From NCBI GenBank assembly GCA_035533595.1, contig DATLTN010000061.1, positions 27,116 through 91,115 on the forward strand: a stretch of DNA of 64,000 nucleotides. Reading direction: 5' to 3'. The notes under the pieces were generated by a model. It did no database searches. It was given only the letters and a program-made list of their open reading frames with translations, and had not been told where the DNA came from. Position numbers and translations under genes: made by a program. Within the stretch, counting starts at the first letter, position 1; the number at the start of each line of letters is the position of its first letter. The DNA is from Acidimicrobiales bacterium. Lineage in GTDB: Bacteria; Actinomycetota; Acidimicrobiia; Acidimicrobiales; Bog-793. This document shows, in pieces, positions 44,024 to 53,568 of this stretch.

Positions 44024-47000
44024 GTGCACGATTACCTCTCCCTGCTCGGTGAGCGCGTCCTCATCTACGACGGCGCGACCGGCACCAACCTGCAGCTGCG
44101 CGAGCTCTCGGCCGACGACTTCGGAGGGCCGTCGCTCGAGGGCTGCAACGAGCACCTCGTCCTCACCCGCCCCGACGTCGTGCAGGACATCCACCGCTCC
44201 TTCCTCGAGGTCGGCGTCGACGCGGTGAAGACGAACTCCTTCGGCGCGTTCTCGGTGGTGCTCGCCGACTACGGCATCGCCGACCAGGCGCACACCCTGG
44301 CGCGACGCTCCGCCGAGCTCGCCCGCGAGGTCGCCGACGGCTACACGACCCCGGACCGCCCCCGCTTCGTCGCCGGCGCGATCGGCCCCGGGACCAAGTT
44401 CCCGACGCTCGGCCAGATCCCCTTCGCGGCGCTCCGCGACGCGTACCAGGAGGAGGCCGACGGCCTCCTCGAAGGGGGCGTCGACCTGCTGCTCATCGAG
44501 ACGAGCTTCGACCTGCTCTCCGCGAAGGCGGCGATCATCGGGGCCCGCCGAGCGATGCGCAACGTCGGCCGTGAGGTCCCCCTGCAGGTACAGGTGACGA
44601 TCGAGCTCACCGGGCGGATGCTGCCGGGCACCGAGATCGCCGCCGCCCTCTGCGCCCTCGAGGCGATGCGCCCCGACGTCATCGGCCTCAACTGCGCGAC
44701 CGGCCCCGCAGAGATGTACGAGCCGCTCCGCCACCTCACGGCGCACTCCCGGATCCCCATCTCCGCGCAGCCGAACGCGGGTCTGCCGAGTGTGCGTGAG
44801 GGCAAGATGCACTACGACCTCACCCCCGACGAGCTCGCCGAGCACCTCTTCACCTTCGCCGGCGAGCTCGGCGTCTCGGTGGTCGGCGGCTGCTGCGGCA
44901 CGACCCCGGCGCACATGCGCGCCGTCGTCGAGCGCTGCGGCGGCCTCGCCTCGCCTTCCCGCCCGGTCGTGCACGAGGCGGGCGCGACCTCGCTCTACAG
45001 CTTCGTCCCCTTCGCCCAGGAGACCTCCTTCCTCGTCGTCGGGGAGCGGACCAACGCGAACGGCTCGCTGCGCTTTCGCGAGGCGATGCTCGCCGGTGAC
45101 TTCGACACCACGACGGCGATGGCCCGCGACCAGGTGAAGGAGGGCGCGCACGTCATCGACGTGTGCGTCGACTACACCGGCGCGGACGGCCTGGCGAACA
45201 TCGGCGAGGTCGTCTCCCGCCTCGCGACGCAGTGCTCGGTGCCGGTGATGATCGACTCCACCGAGTCCGACGTGGTGCGCACCGCCCTCGAGTGGCTCGG
45301 CGGGCGGAGCATCCTCAACTCGGTCAACCTCGAGGACGGCGACGCGCCGGGCACCCGCCTCGACGCCTTCCTCTCCCTCGCCGCGGAGCACGGAGCGGCG
45401 GTCGTCTGCACCTGCATCGACGAGGAGGGCCAGGCGCGCACCGCGGACTGGAAGGTGCGGGCCGCGAGGGCGATCCACGACCTCGCCGTCGGCCGCTACG
45501 GCCTCTCCCCCGAGGACCTCTTCTTCGACCCGCTCGCGCTGCCGCTCTCGACGGGGATGGAGGAGAGCCGCCGCGACGGGATCGAGACCATCGAGGCGAT
45601 CGGGCGCATCAAGGCCGAGCTGCCCGGGGTGCACACCGTCCTCGGCCTCTCGAACGTCTCCTTCGGCCTCTCGGCCGCCACCCGCCAGGTCCTCAACTCG
45701 GTCTTCCTGCACGAGTGCGTGCAGGCGGGGCTCGACGCGGCGATCGTGCACGCGGCGCGCATCCTGCCGCTGCACCGCATCGACGAGCAGGCCCGCGAGC
45801 TCTGCCTCGACCTCATCTACGACCGGCGACGCGAGGGCTACGACCCGCTCTCCTCGCTGATCGAGCACTTCTCCGGCGCGAGCCACTCCTCGGCGGCCGC
45901 CGAGGACCGCAGCGGCTGGCCGGTCGAGCAGCGCCTCTCGCGGCGCATCGTCGACGGCGACCGCGTCGGGCTGGAGGACGACCTCGACGAGGCGCTGGCC
46001 GCGGGGACCGCGGCGCTCGACATCGTGAACGACACGCTCCTCGTCGGGATGAAGGAGGTCGGCGAGCTCTTCGCCTCGGGAGAGATGCAGCTCCCCTTCG
46101 TCCTCCAGTCCGCGGAGACGATGAAGGCCGCCGTCACCCACCTCGAGCCGCACATGGAGCGCAGCGAGAGCGGGGGACGCGGGCGGGTCGTCCTCGCCAC
46201 GGTGAAGGGCGACGTGCACGACATCGGCAAGAACCTCGTCGACATCATCCTCACCAACAACGGCTACGAGGTGCACAACCTCGGCATCAAGGTGCCGATC
46301 AGCGACATGCTGCAGCGCGCCGAGGAGGTCGCCGCCGACGCGATCGGGATGAGCGGGCTGCTCGTGAAGTCGACGCTCATCATGCGCGAGAACCTCGAGG
46401 AGATGAACCGCCGCGGCGTCGACAAGCTGCCCGTGCTCCTCGGCGGTGCCGCCCTCACCCGCAGCTACGTCGAGCGCGACCTGCGCGCGGTCTACAAGGG
46501 GCGCCTCTTCTACGGGCGCGACGCCTTCGAGGGGCTGCGGGTCCTCGAGCGGCTGATGGAGCTGCGCGACCAGGGGGTCGAGGACCCCGACTTCGGGCGC
46601 GCCCCGGGCGGGCGGGTGCTGCCGCCCCGAAAGAGCCAGCGCCCCCGCCCCGAGGACGCCGCGCCGGTGCGCTCGACGAGCGTCGCTACCGACAACCCGC
46701 TCTTCGTGCCCCCCTTCACCGGGACGCGGGTGGCGAAGGGGATCCCCCTCGACGACATCACCGACTACCTGAACGAGACGGCGCTGTTCCGCAACCAGTG
46801 GGGCTACCGCCCCGAGGCCGACGAGAACGACGCCGACTTCAAGGCGCGAGTGCGCGCCGAGCTGCGCGCCCGCCTCGACGCGGCGAAGGCCGACGACGTC
46901 CTCGTCCCCCAGGTGGTGTGGGGCTACTTCCCCGCCAACTCCGACGGCAACGACCTCATCATCTGGTCCGACGTCGACCGCACCGCCGAGCTGCTGCGCT

Positions 47001-47485
47001 TCAGCCTCCCTCGCCAGGCGGTCGAGCCGAACCTGTGCATCGCCGACTTCTTCCGCCCGATCACCGACGAGGTCACCGACGTCGCCGCCTTCTTCCTCGC
47101 GACGATGGGGCACAAGGCGAGCGAGCGGGCCCGCGAGCTCTTCGCCGCCGACCGCTACCTCGACTACGTCGGGCTGCACGGCCTCTCGGTGGAGATGACC
47201 GAGGGCCTCGCCGAGCTCTGGCACCACCGCATCCGCGAGGAGCTCGGCTACGCCTCCGAGGACGGCCCCTCGCTCAGCGGGCTGTTCCGCCAGAAGTACC
47301 GCGGCGGGCGCTACTCCTTCGGCTACCCGGCCTGCCCGAGCCTCGAGGACAACGCGAAGGTCGTCGAGCTGCTACGCGCCGAGCGGATCGGCGTGACGGT
47401 CTCGGAGGGCTTCCAGCTCGAGCCCGAGCAGACCACCCTCGCGATCGTCTGCCACCACCCCCAGGCGAAGTACTTCGTCGTCTGA
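44024..47485 (+). CDS. metH: cobalamin-dependent methionine synthase
   Basis: 1153 aa. Hcy-binding domain (LIYDGATGTNL), pterin-binding domain, B12-binding DxHxxG (GDVHDIGKN) and the AdoMet reactivation domain. Confidence 0.95.
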   Translation: MHDYLSLLGERVLIYDGATGTNLQLRELSADDFGGPSLEGCNEHLVLTRPDVVQDIHRSFLEVGVDAVKTNSFGAFSVVLADYGIADQAHTLARRSAELAREVADGYTTPDRPRFVAGAIGPGTKFPTLGQIPFAALRDAYQEEADGLLEGGVDLLLIETSFDLLSAKAAIIGARRAMRNVGREVPLQVQVTIELTGRMLPGTEIAAALCALEAMRPDVIGLNCATGPAEMYEPLRHLTAHSRIPISAQPNAGLPSVREGKMHYDLTPDELAEHLFTFAGELGVSVVGGCCGTTPAHMRAVVERCGGLASPSRPVVHEAGATSLYSFVPFAQETSFLVVGERTNANGSLRFREAMLAGDFDTTTAMARDQVKEGAHVIDVCVDYTGADGLANIGEVVSRLATQCSVPVMIDSTESDVVRTALEWLGGRSILNSVNLEDGDAPGTRLDAFLSLAAEHGAAVVCTCIDEEGQARTADWKVRAARAIHDLAVGRYGLSPEDLFFDPLALPLSTGMEESRRDGIETIEAIGRIKAELPGVHTVLGLSNVSFGLSAATRQVLNSVFLHECVQAGLDAAIVHAARILPLHRIDEQARELCLDLIYDRRREGYDPLSSLIEHFSGASHSSAAAEDRSGWPVEQRLSRRIVDGDRVGLEDDLDEALAAGTAALDIVNDTLLVGMKEVGELFASGEMQLPFVLQSAETMKAAVTHLEPHMERSESGGRGRVVLATVKGDVHDIGKNLVDIILTNNGYEVHNLGIKVPISDMLQRAEEVAADAIGMSGLLVKSTLIMRENLEEMNRRGVDKLPVLLGGAALTRSYVERDLRAVYKGRLFYGRDAFEGLRVLERLMELRDQGVEDPDFGRAPGGRVLPPRKSQRPRPEDAAPVRSTSVATDNPLFVPPFTGTRVAKGIPLDDITDYLNETALFRNQWGYRPEADENDADFKARVRAELRARLDAAKADDVLVPQVVWGYFPANSDGNDLIIWSDVDRTAELLRFSLPRQAVEPNLCIADFFRPITDEVTDVAAFFLATMGHKASERARELFAADRYLDYVGLHGLSVEMTEGLAELWHHRIREELGYASEDGPSLSGLFRQKYRGGRYSFGYPACPSLEDNAKVVELLRAERIGVTVSEGFQLEPEQTTLAIVCHHPQAKYFVV

Positions 47486-47544
47486 CAGCCCGGCGCTGCC
47501 CCGGAGCGGTGGCCGCGGCGGGTGCCGTGGGGCGGGGCGGACGG

Positions 47545-47550
47545 TAGGTT
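47545..47550 (+). promoter_or_regulatory. candidate -10 TAGGTT, 6 nt before the ATG of the thioredoxin-TPR gene (leaderless geometry)
   Basis: TANNNT-N6-ATG(47557), no SD. Confidence 0.3.
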
Positions 47551-47556
47551 GGCGGC

Positions 47557-48267
47557 ATGCCGACTGACGTGACCGACGCCTCCTTCGAGCACGACGTCCT
47601 CGACGTCTCGGCGACCCGCCCGGTCGTCGTCGACCTCTGGGCGCCCTGGTGCGGGCCCTGCCTCTCGCTCGGCCCGATCATCGAGAAGGTGGTCGACGAG
47701 ACCGAGGGCGCGGTCGAGCTCGTGAAGGTGAACATCGACGAGAACCCGCAGGTCGCCGCCGCCTTCCAGGTGCAGTCGATCCCGGCCGTCTTCGCGATCA
47801 AGGACCGCAACGTGGTCGACGCCTTCGTCGGCGCGCTCGGTGAGGCCGCCGTCCGCGAGTTCGTCGGCCGCCTCGTCGAGGCCCCGAGCGAGGCGGACCA
47901 GCTGAGCGCAGCCGGCGACGAGGCCTCGCTGCGCAGAGCCCTCGAGCTCGAGCCCGACCACGGCCAGGCCCTCCTCGCCCTCGCCGAGCTGCTCTCCGAG
48001 CGGGGCGAGCACGAGGAGGTGCTGACGCTTCTGCAACGCCTCCCCGAGTCGCCCGAGAGCCGCCACCTCGCCGCCAAGGCGCGCCTCGCGGCCGAGGGCG
48101 GCGCACCCTCCGGCGACGGCGTGGAGGCGCGTCTCGACGCCCTCCTCGAGCGCGTGAAGGACGACGACGCGGCCCGCCAGGAGTTCCTCGACCACCTCGA
48201 GGCGATGGACCCCGAGGACCCCCGACGGGCGCGCTACCGGCGCGCCCTGTCCTCCAAGCTCTTCTGA
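47557..48267 (+). CDS. thioredoxin-domain protein with a C-terminal TPR-like domain (YbbN/CnoX-like architecture)
   Basis: N-terminal thioredoxin fold with an intact WCGPC motif. C-terminal helical repeats. Confidence 0.85.
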   Translation: MPTDVTDASFEHDVLDVSATRPVVVDLWAPWCGPCLSLGPIIEKVVDETEGAVELVKVNIDENPQVAAAFQVQSIPAVFAIKDRNVVDAFVGALGEAAVREFVGRLVEAPSEADQLSAAGDEASLRRALELEPDHGQALLALAELLSERGEHEEVLTLLQRLPESPESRHLAAKARLAAEGGAPSGDGVEARLDALLERVKDDDAARQEFLDHLEAMDPEDPRRARYRRALSSKLF

Positions 48268-48269
48268 GC

Positions 48270-49133
48270 GTGCGGCTCCCGCCGCTCGCCCTCGGCCGGC
48301 CGCTCCCGCTGCGCCTCGGGGCGCGTCACTACGACCTCTCGGCGCGCGCGCTCGTGATGGGGATCGTGAACCGCACCCCCGACTCGTTCTACGACCACGG
48401 CCGCTACTTCGCCCTCGACGACTCGCTGCGCCTCGCCGAGGAGCTGGTCGGCGCCGGCGCCGACCTCATCGACGTCGGCGGCGTGCGCGCCGGGCCGGGG
48501 CCGGAGGTGACCCCCCAGGAGGAGATCGACCGCGTCCTCCCGGCGATCGAGGCGATCGTCGAGCGCTTCGACCTCCCCGTCTCGGTGGACACCTTCCGCG
48601 CCGGGGTCGCGGAGGCCGCCTACAAGGCGGGGGCGGTGCTCGGCAACGACATCAGCGGCCTCGCCGACCCGGAGTACCTGCCCGTCGCCGAGCGCTACGG
48701 TGCGAGCGTCGTCGCGACCCACATCCGCATCGGCCCGCGCATCGACGACCCCGACCCCCGCTACCCCGACGACGACGTGGTCGGCGCCGTCGAGGCCTTC
48801 CTCTCCGAGCGCCTGGCGCGGGCGCGCGCCGCCGGCCTCGCGGACGACCGCGTCATCCTCGACGCCGGCCTCGACCTCGGAAAGACCACCCCGCAGTCGC
48901 TCGCCCTGCTGCGCGCCTCGGCGCGCCTCGCGGCCCTCGGCCCACCGCTCCTGCTCTCCGCGTCCAACAAGGGCTTCCTCGGCGAGCTCCTCGACCTCGC
49001 GATCGACGAGCGGCGCGAGGCGACGATGGCCGCGCTCGCCCTCGGGATCACCCTCGGCTGCCGGGTGCTGCGGGTGCACGACGTCACCGGAGCGCTGCGC
49101 GTCACGCGCACCCTCGAACGGCTCGTCGGCTGA
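48270..49133 (+). CDS. folP: dihydropteroate synthase family protein (divergent, FolP2-like)
   Basis: GIVNRTPDSFYD, SVDTF, NDISG, DAGLDLGK. The canonical GGESTRPG loop reads GGVRAGPG. Confidence 0.8.
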   Translation: MRLPPLALGRPLPLRLGARHYDLSARALVMGIVNRTPDSFYDHGRYFALDDSLRLAEELVGAGADLIDVGGVRAGPGPEVTPQEEIDRVLPAIEAIVERFDLPVSVDTFRAGVAEAAYKAGAVLGNDISGLADPEYLPVAERYGASVVATHIRIGPRIDDPDPRYPDDDVVGAVEAFLSERLARARAAGLADDRVILDAGLDLGKTTPQSLALLRASARLAALGPPLLLSASNKGFLGELLDLAIDERREATMAALALGITLGCRVLRVHDVTGALRVTRTLERLVG

Positions 49134-50179
49134 TGGCCGAGAGCCACCTGCGCGCCGACGGCACCCCCGAGCGCGCCTACCTGCTCGCCGGCGAGGACGA
49201 GGGCCTCGTCTCCCAGCAGCTCGTCGCGCTCGTCGAGGAGCTCGCCGCGATCGAGGCGCTGCCTGGCGCGATCGAGGAGTACGAGGCGCCGTCGGCCGAC
49301 GACGGCGTCGCGCTCGGCGCGGTGCTCGACGCGTGCCGGACGCCACCGTTCCTCGCCGACCGCCGGGTGATCGTGGTGCGCGAGACGAACCTCGACGCCG
49401 CCGGCCAGAAGGAGCTCCTCGCCTACCTCGCCGACCCCCTCGAGACGACGGTCCTCGTCTTCGCCCTCCTCGGGAAGAAGGCGACGGCCACGCTGCAGAA
49501 GGCCTTCGCCGCGGCCGGCCGGGTGCTCGCCGTCGCCCCCGCGAGCGGCGCACGGGGTCGCCAGCAGTGGTTCAGCGAGCACCTCGCGGGCGCCCCCGTG
49601 CGCCTCGACAACCAGGCGGTCGTCGCCCTCGACCGCCACCTGGGGGGCGACCTCGCGCGCCTCGCGCCGCTCCTCGAGTCGCTCGCCGCGGCCTACGGGG
49701 AGCACGCGCACGTGAGCGTCGAGGAGCTCGAGCCCTTCCTCGGGAGCGCCGGCGAGTCGACGCCCTGGGACCTCACCGACGCGATCGCCGAGGGGGATGC
49801 GGGCCGCGCCCTCGAGGTGCTCGGGCGCCAGTTCGGGGCCGGCCGCCACCCGATGCAGCTGCTCGCATCGCTGCACCGCCACTACGGGGCGCTGCTCCGC
49901 CTCGACGGCGCCGAGATCCACGACGAGGCGGCCGCCGCGTCGGCGACCGGGCTCGCCCCCTACCCCGCCCGCAAGGCCCTCGAGCAGTCGGGGCGCCTCG
50001 GCCACGAGCGGGTGGCGCGGGCGATCGGCCTGATCGCCGGGGCCGACCTCGACCTTCGCGGCCGCGTCGACTGGCCCGACGAGCTCGTGATCGAGGTGCT
50101 CGTCGCCCGCCTCGCGCAGCTCTCGCGCCTCGGCCGTCCCGCGCCGCGGGGGCGCCCGGCGCGCACCGGCCGCCGGTGA
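49133..50179 (+). CDS. holA: DNA polymerase III subunit delta
   Basis: 348 aa. YLLAGEDEGLV N-terminus and a helical C-terminal domain, as in HolA. The ATG overlaps the folP stop by 1 nt. Confidence 0.72.
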   Translation: MAESHLRADGTPERAYLLAGEDEGLVSQQLVALVEELAAIEALPGAIEEYEAPSADDGVALGAVLDACRTPPFLADRRVIVVRETNLDAAGQKELLAYLADPLETTVLVFALLGKKATATLQKAFAAAGRVLAVAPASGARGRQQWFSEHLAGAPVRLDNQAVVALDRHLGGDLARLAPLLESLAAAYGEHAHVSVEELEPFLGSAGESTPWDLTDAIAEGDAGRALEVLGRQFGAGRHPMQLLASLHRHYGALLRLDGAEIHDEAAAASATGLAPYPARKALEQSGRLGHERVARAIGLIAGADLDLRGRVDWPDELVIEVLVARLAQLSRLGRPAPRGRPARTGRR

Positions 50180-51000
50180 GCGAGGGCGTCGACCTCCACC
50201 TCCTCCTCGAGTTCGCCGGGGAGACGGCGCAGCGCGCCGGCGAGCTCCTCCTCGAGGGGCTCTCCGAGCGCGGCGCGAGCGAGCGCCTCGCGGCGGCGGC
50301 CACCAAGAGCTCGCCCACCGACCTCGTCACCGAGCTCGACCGGGCGAGCGAGGCGCTGATCGTGAAGGCGCTGCGCACCCGCCGCCCCGAGGACGGCCTG
50401 CTCGGCGAGGAGGGGACGAGCCGCGCCGGCAGCTCGGGCCTCACGTGGGTGATCGACCCCCTCGACGGCACGACGAACTTCGTCTACGGCTACGGCAGCT
50501 TCGCCGTCTCGATCGCCCTCGTCGACGCCGGCGGCCCGCTCCTCGGCGTCGTCCACGACCCGCTGCGGGGGGAGACCTTCAGCGCGGCGCGCGGCCTCGG
50601 CGCCCACCTCGACGGCCGCCGCCTCGCGGCACCGGCGGCGAGCGGCCCGCTCTCCGAGGCGCTCCTCGGGACGGGCTTCGGCTACGACACCGAGCTGCGC
50701 GTCGCGCAGGCGCGGCTGTTGCCGACGGTCCTCGGCGCGGTGCGCGACCTGCGCCGCGGCGGCTCGGCGGCGCTCGACCTCTGCAGCGTCGCGAGCGGCC
50801 GCCTCGACGGCTACTTCGAGGCCGGCCTCGCGCCCTGGGACCGCGCCGCGGGCGAGCTCGTCGTCACCGAGGCGGGCGGCGTCGTCCTCGAGGTCTCGGG
50901 GCCGCACGCCGGCCGCACGACCCTCGTCGCCTCTCCCCCCGACCGCCTCGAGGCACTCCTCGCCCTCCTCGCCTCGGCGGCCGAGGGCGCGACCCGCTGA
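50176..51000 (+). CDS. inositol monophosphatase family protein
   Basis: Last 274 aa of ORF 48700..51000. GEEG, WVIDPLDGTTNF and WDRAAG motifs. GTG 50176 overlaps the holA stop (GTGA). Confidence 0.88.
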   Translation: MSEGVDLHLLLEFAGETAQRAGELLLEGLSERGASERLAAAATKSSPTDLVTELDRASEALIVKALRTRRPEDGLLGEEGTSRAGSSGLTWVIDPLDGTTNFVYGYGSFAVSIALVDAGGPLLGVVHDPLRGETFSAARGLGAHLDGRRLAAPAASGPLSEALLGTGFGYDTELRVAQARLLPTVLGAVRDLRRGGSAALDLCSVASGRLDGYFEAGLAPWDRAAGELVVTEAGGVVLEVSGPHAGRTTLVASPPDRLEALLALLASAAEGATR

Positions 51001-51142
51001 TCCCCGGCTCCCGGGCGGCACCGCTTTACACTCGACCCGGCGCCGCCCTGGCCATTAGGGTGCGCTGCTCGAATTCTCGAGACTCCTCGACCCCATCTGC
51101 GCAACGGTCAATGGGGACCGACACGAAGGGAGCAGTAAACCG

Positions 51143-53458
51143 ATGACCAACCTCCTTGCTAGTGAAGGCGGCTACCAGGCCTTCACGCTGGGGTCGGCCG
51201 AGAAGGATTGGCTGTACTTCGCGCTCGCGACGGGCTTCCTCGCCCTCGTCGTCGCCCTCGGGCTGATGCGCAACGTGCTCTCGGCGGGCACCGGCACGCC
51301 GCTCATGCGCGAGATCGCGGCGGCGATCCAGGAGGGCGCGGAGGCCTTCTTGAAGCGCCAGTTCCGCGTCATCGGCATCATCGTGGTGCCGCTCGCCGTG
51401 CTCGTCTTCCTCACCGCGACCAAGGTCGTCGAGCCGAACGGCGTGCTCGCGCTGAGCTTCGGCCAGTCCGGCCTCTACCGCGCGATCGCCTTCCTCGTCG
51501 GCGCGACCTTCTCGGGGGCGACGGGGATCATCGGCATGAGCCTCTCGGTGCGCGGCAACGTGCGCACCGCGGCGGCCGCCCTCGGCGGCGAGCTCGCCCC
51601 CGCGCTGCGCGTCGCCTTCCGCACCGGCGGCGTGACGGGGATGTTCTGCGTCGGCCTCGGCATGATCGGCGCCTCGAGCTTCACCCTCATCTTCCAGAAC
51701 TCCGCGAGCGCCGTGCTCGTCGGCTTCGGCTTCGGCGGCTCGCTGATCGCGCTGTTCATGCGTGTCGGCGGCGGCATCTTCACCAAGGCGGCCGACGTCG
51801 GCGCTGACCTCGTCGGCAAGGTCGAGGCGGGCATCCCCGAGGACGACCCCCGCAACGCGGCGACGATCGCCGACAACGTCGGCGACAACGTCGGCGACTG
51901 TGCGGGGATGGCGGCGGACCTGTTCGAGTCGTACGCGATCATGATCGTCGCCTCGCTGATCCTCGGCTACGCGGCCTTCAAGTCGATCCACCTCAACCCC
52001 GCGAAGGGCGTGCTCTTCCCGCTCATCATCGCCGGCTTCGGGATCATCGCCTCGATCATCGCGATCTTCTCGGTGCGCGGCCGCAAGTCCGACAAGACCG
52101 CGATGACGGCGATCAACCGCGGCTACCGCGTCGCCGGCCTCTCGACGATCGTCGCCGCGTTCCTCGTCGCCGAGTTCTACGTGAAGGACCTCGTCGTCTT
52201 CTGGGCGGTGCTCACCGGCGTCGTCCTCGGCCAGGTGGCCTCGCTCATCACCGAGTACTTCACCTCGACCGACCGCCCCCCCGTGCAGGAGATCGCCGAG
52301 GCGGCGCGCACCGGCCCCGCGACGACGGTCCTCGCGGGCATCGCGATCGGCCTCGAGTCCTCGGTGTGGGCGATCCTCTCCATCGCCGTCGCGATCGCGG
52401 TCGCCGTCGCGATCTCCTTCGGCGCGGCGCACGGCAACATCGAGCTCACCCTCTACCTCGTCGCGCTGATCGGCATGGGCCTGCTCGCGACCACCGGGAT
52501 GGTGGTCTCCGAGGACAGCTTCGGCCCGGTCTCGGACAACTCGGCGGGCATCGCCGAGATGGCCGGCGAGTTCGGCGGCGAGGCCGAGCGGGTGATGGTC
52601 AGCCTCGACGCCGTCGGCAACACCACCAAGGCGATCACCAAGGGCGTCGCCATCGCCTCGGCGGTGATCGCCACGGTCGCGCTCTTCGCCTCGTTCATCG
52701 AGACGATCGGCAACCAGCTCGGCCTGGCTTCGGGCAACTCGCTCTTCCACGACGCGGCCACCCAGATCAACGTCGCCAACCCGATCACCTTCATCGGCGC
52801 GCTGATCGGCGGCTCGATCGCCTTCCTCTTCTCGGGCCTCGCGATCCGCGCCGTCGGCCGCTCGGCGGGGACGGTCGTCGAGGAGGTGCGCCGCCAGTTC
52901 CGGGAGCACCCCGGGATCATGGACCGCACCGAGAAGCCGGAGTACGGACGGGTGATCGACATCTGCACCAAGGCCGCTCAGCGCGAGCTCGCCACCCCGG
53001 CGCTGCTCGCGGTGCTCTCGCCGGTGATCGTCGGCTTCGGGATCAACTACTTCGCCCTCGGCGCCTTCCTCGTCGCGGCGATCCTCACCGGCCAGCTGAT
53101 GGCGAACTTCCTCTCGAACTCGGGCGGCGCCTGGGACAACGCGAAGAAGTACATCGAGGACGGCCACGAGGGCGGCAAGGGCTCCGAGGCGCACAAGGCG
53201 GCGGTCATCGGCGACACCGTCGGCGACCCCTTCAAGGACACCGCCGGCCCGGCGCTGAACCCGCTCATCAAGGTGATGAACCTCGTCTCGCTGCTCATCC
53301 TGCCGGCGGTGATCACCACCCACTACCACCCCTGGGAGCGCTTCCCGATCGCCATCGCGGCGCTCGTGGTGCTCCTCTTCTTCATCGCCTTCTCCAAGCG
53401 CAAGTCGCCCGGCATCGAGGCCGCGAGCAACGAGCGCCCGGTCGGCAGCACGCTCTGA
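51143..53458 (+). CDS. hppA: membrane-bound proton-translocating pyrophosphatase (K+-independent signature)
   Basis: [58 protein letters not shown] carries the Lys/Thr pair of K+-independent enzymes. Confidence 0.95.
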   Translation: MTNLLASEGGYQAFTLGSAEKDWLYFALATGFLALVVALGLMRNVLSAGTGTPLMREIAAAIQEGAEAFLKRQFRVIGIIVVPLAVLVFLTATKVVEPNGVLALSFGQSGLYRAIAFLVGATFSGATGIIGMSLSVRGNVRTAAAALGGELAPALRVAFRTGGVTGMFCVGLGMIGASSFTLIFQNSASAVLVGFGFGGSLIALFMRVGGGIFTKAADVGADLVGKVEAGIPEDDPRNAATIADNVGDNVGDCAGMAADLFESYAIMIVASLILGYAAFKSIHLNPAKGVLFPLIIAGFGIIASIIAIFSVRGRKSDKTAMTAINRGYRVAGLSTIVAAFLVAEFYVKDLVVFWAVLTGVVLGQVASLITEYFTSTDRPPVQEIAEAARTGPATTVLAGIAIGLESSVWAILSIAVAIAVAVAISFGAAHGNIELTLYLVALIGMGLLATTGMVVSEDSFGPVSDNSAGIAEMAGEFGGEAERVMVSLDAVGNTTKAITKGVAIASAVIATVALFASFIETIGNQLGLASGNSLFHDAATQINVANPITFIGALIGGSIAFLFSGLAIRAVGRSAGTVVEEVRRQFREHPGIMDRTEKPEYGRVIDICTKAAQRELATPALLAVLSPVIVGFGINYFALGAFLVAAILTGQLMANFLSNSGGAWDNAKKYIEDGHEGGKGSEAHKAAVIGDTVGDPFKDTAGPALNPLIKVMNLVSLLILPAVITTHYHPWERFPIAIAALVVLLFFIAFSKRKSPGIEAASNERPVGSTL

Positions 53459-53505
53459 GGACCGCTCCGACCGAGGTCGGAGGTCGCCCCGGCGACGTGC
53501 ACTCT

Positions 53506-53536
53506 GGAGGCCCCGGCGCAGCTCGCCGGGGCCTCC
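53506..53536. terminator. perfect 13-bp stem hairpin between convergent hppA and the SGNH gene
   Basis: GGAGGCCCCGGCG-CAGCT-CGCCGGGGCCTCC. Further small hairpins lie at 53465-53482 and 53483-53496. Confidence 0.55.
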
Positions 53537-53568
53537 TCCGCGTCACGCCCCGGCGCGCGGCGCTGCGC

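Noticed and set aside
51070-51090. The GAATTC-centred sequence CTCGAATTCTCGAG upstream of hppA as an operator palindrome.
   Set aside because: Only the central GAATTC is self-complementary and the flanks do not pair (CTC versus TCGAG). It is most likely chance.
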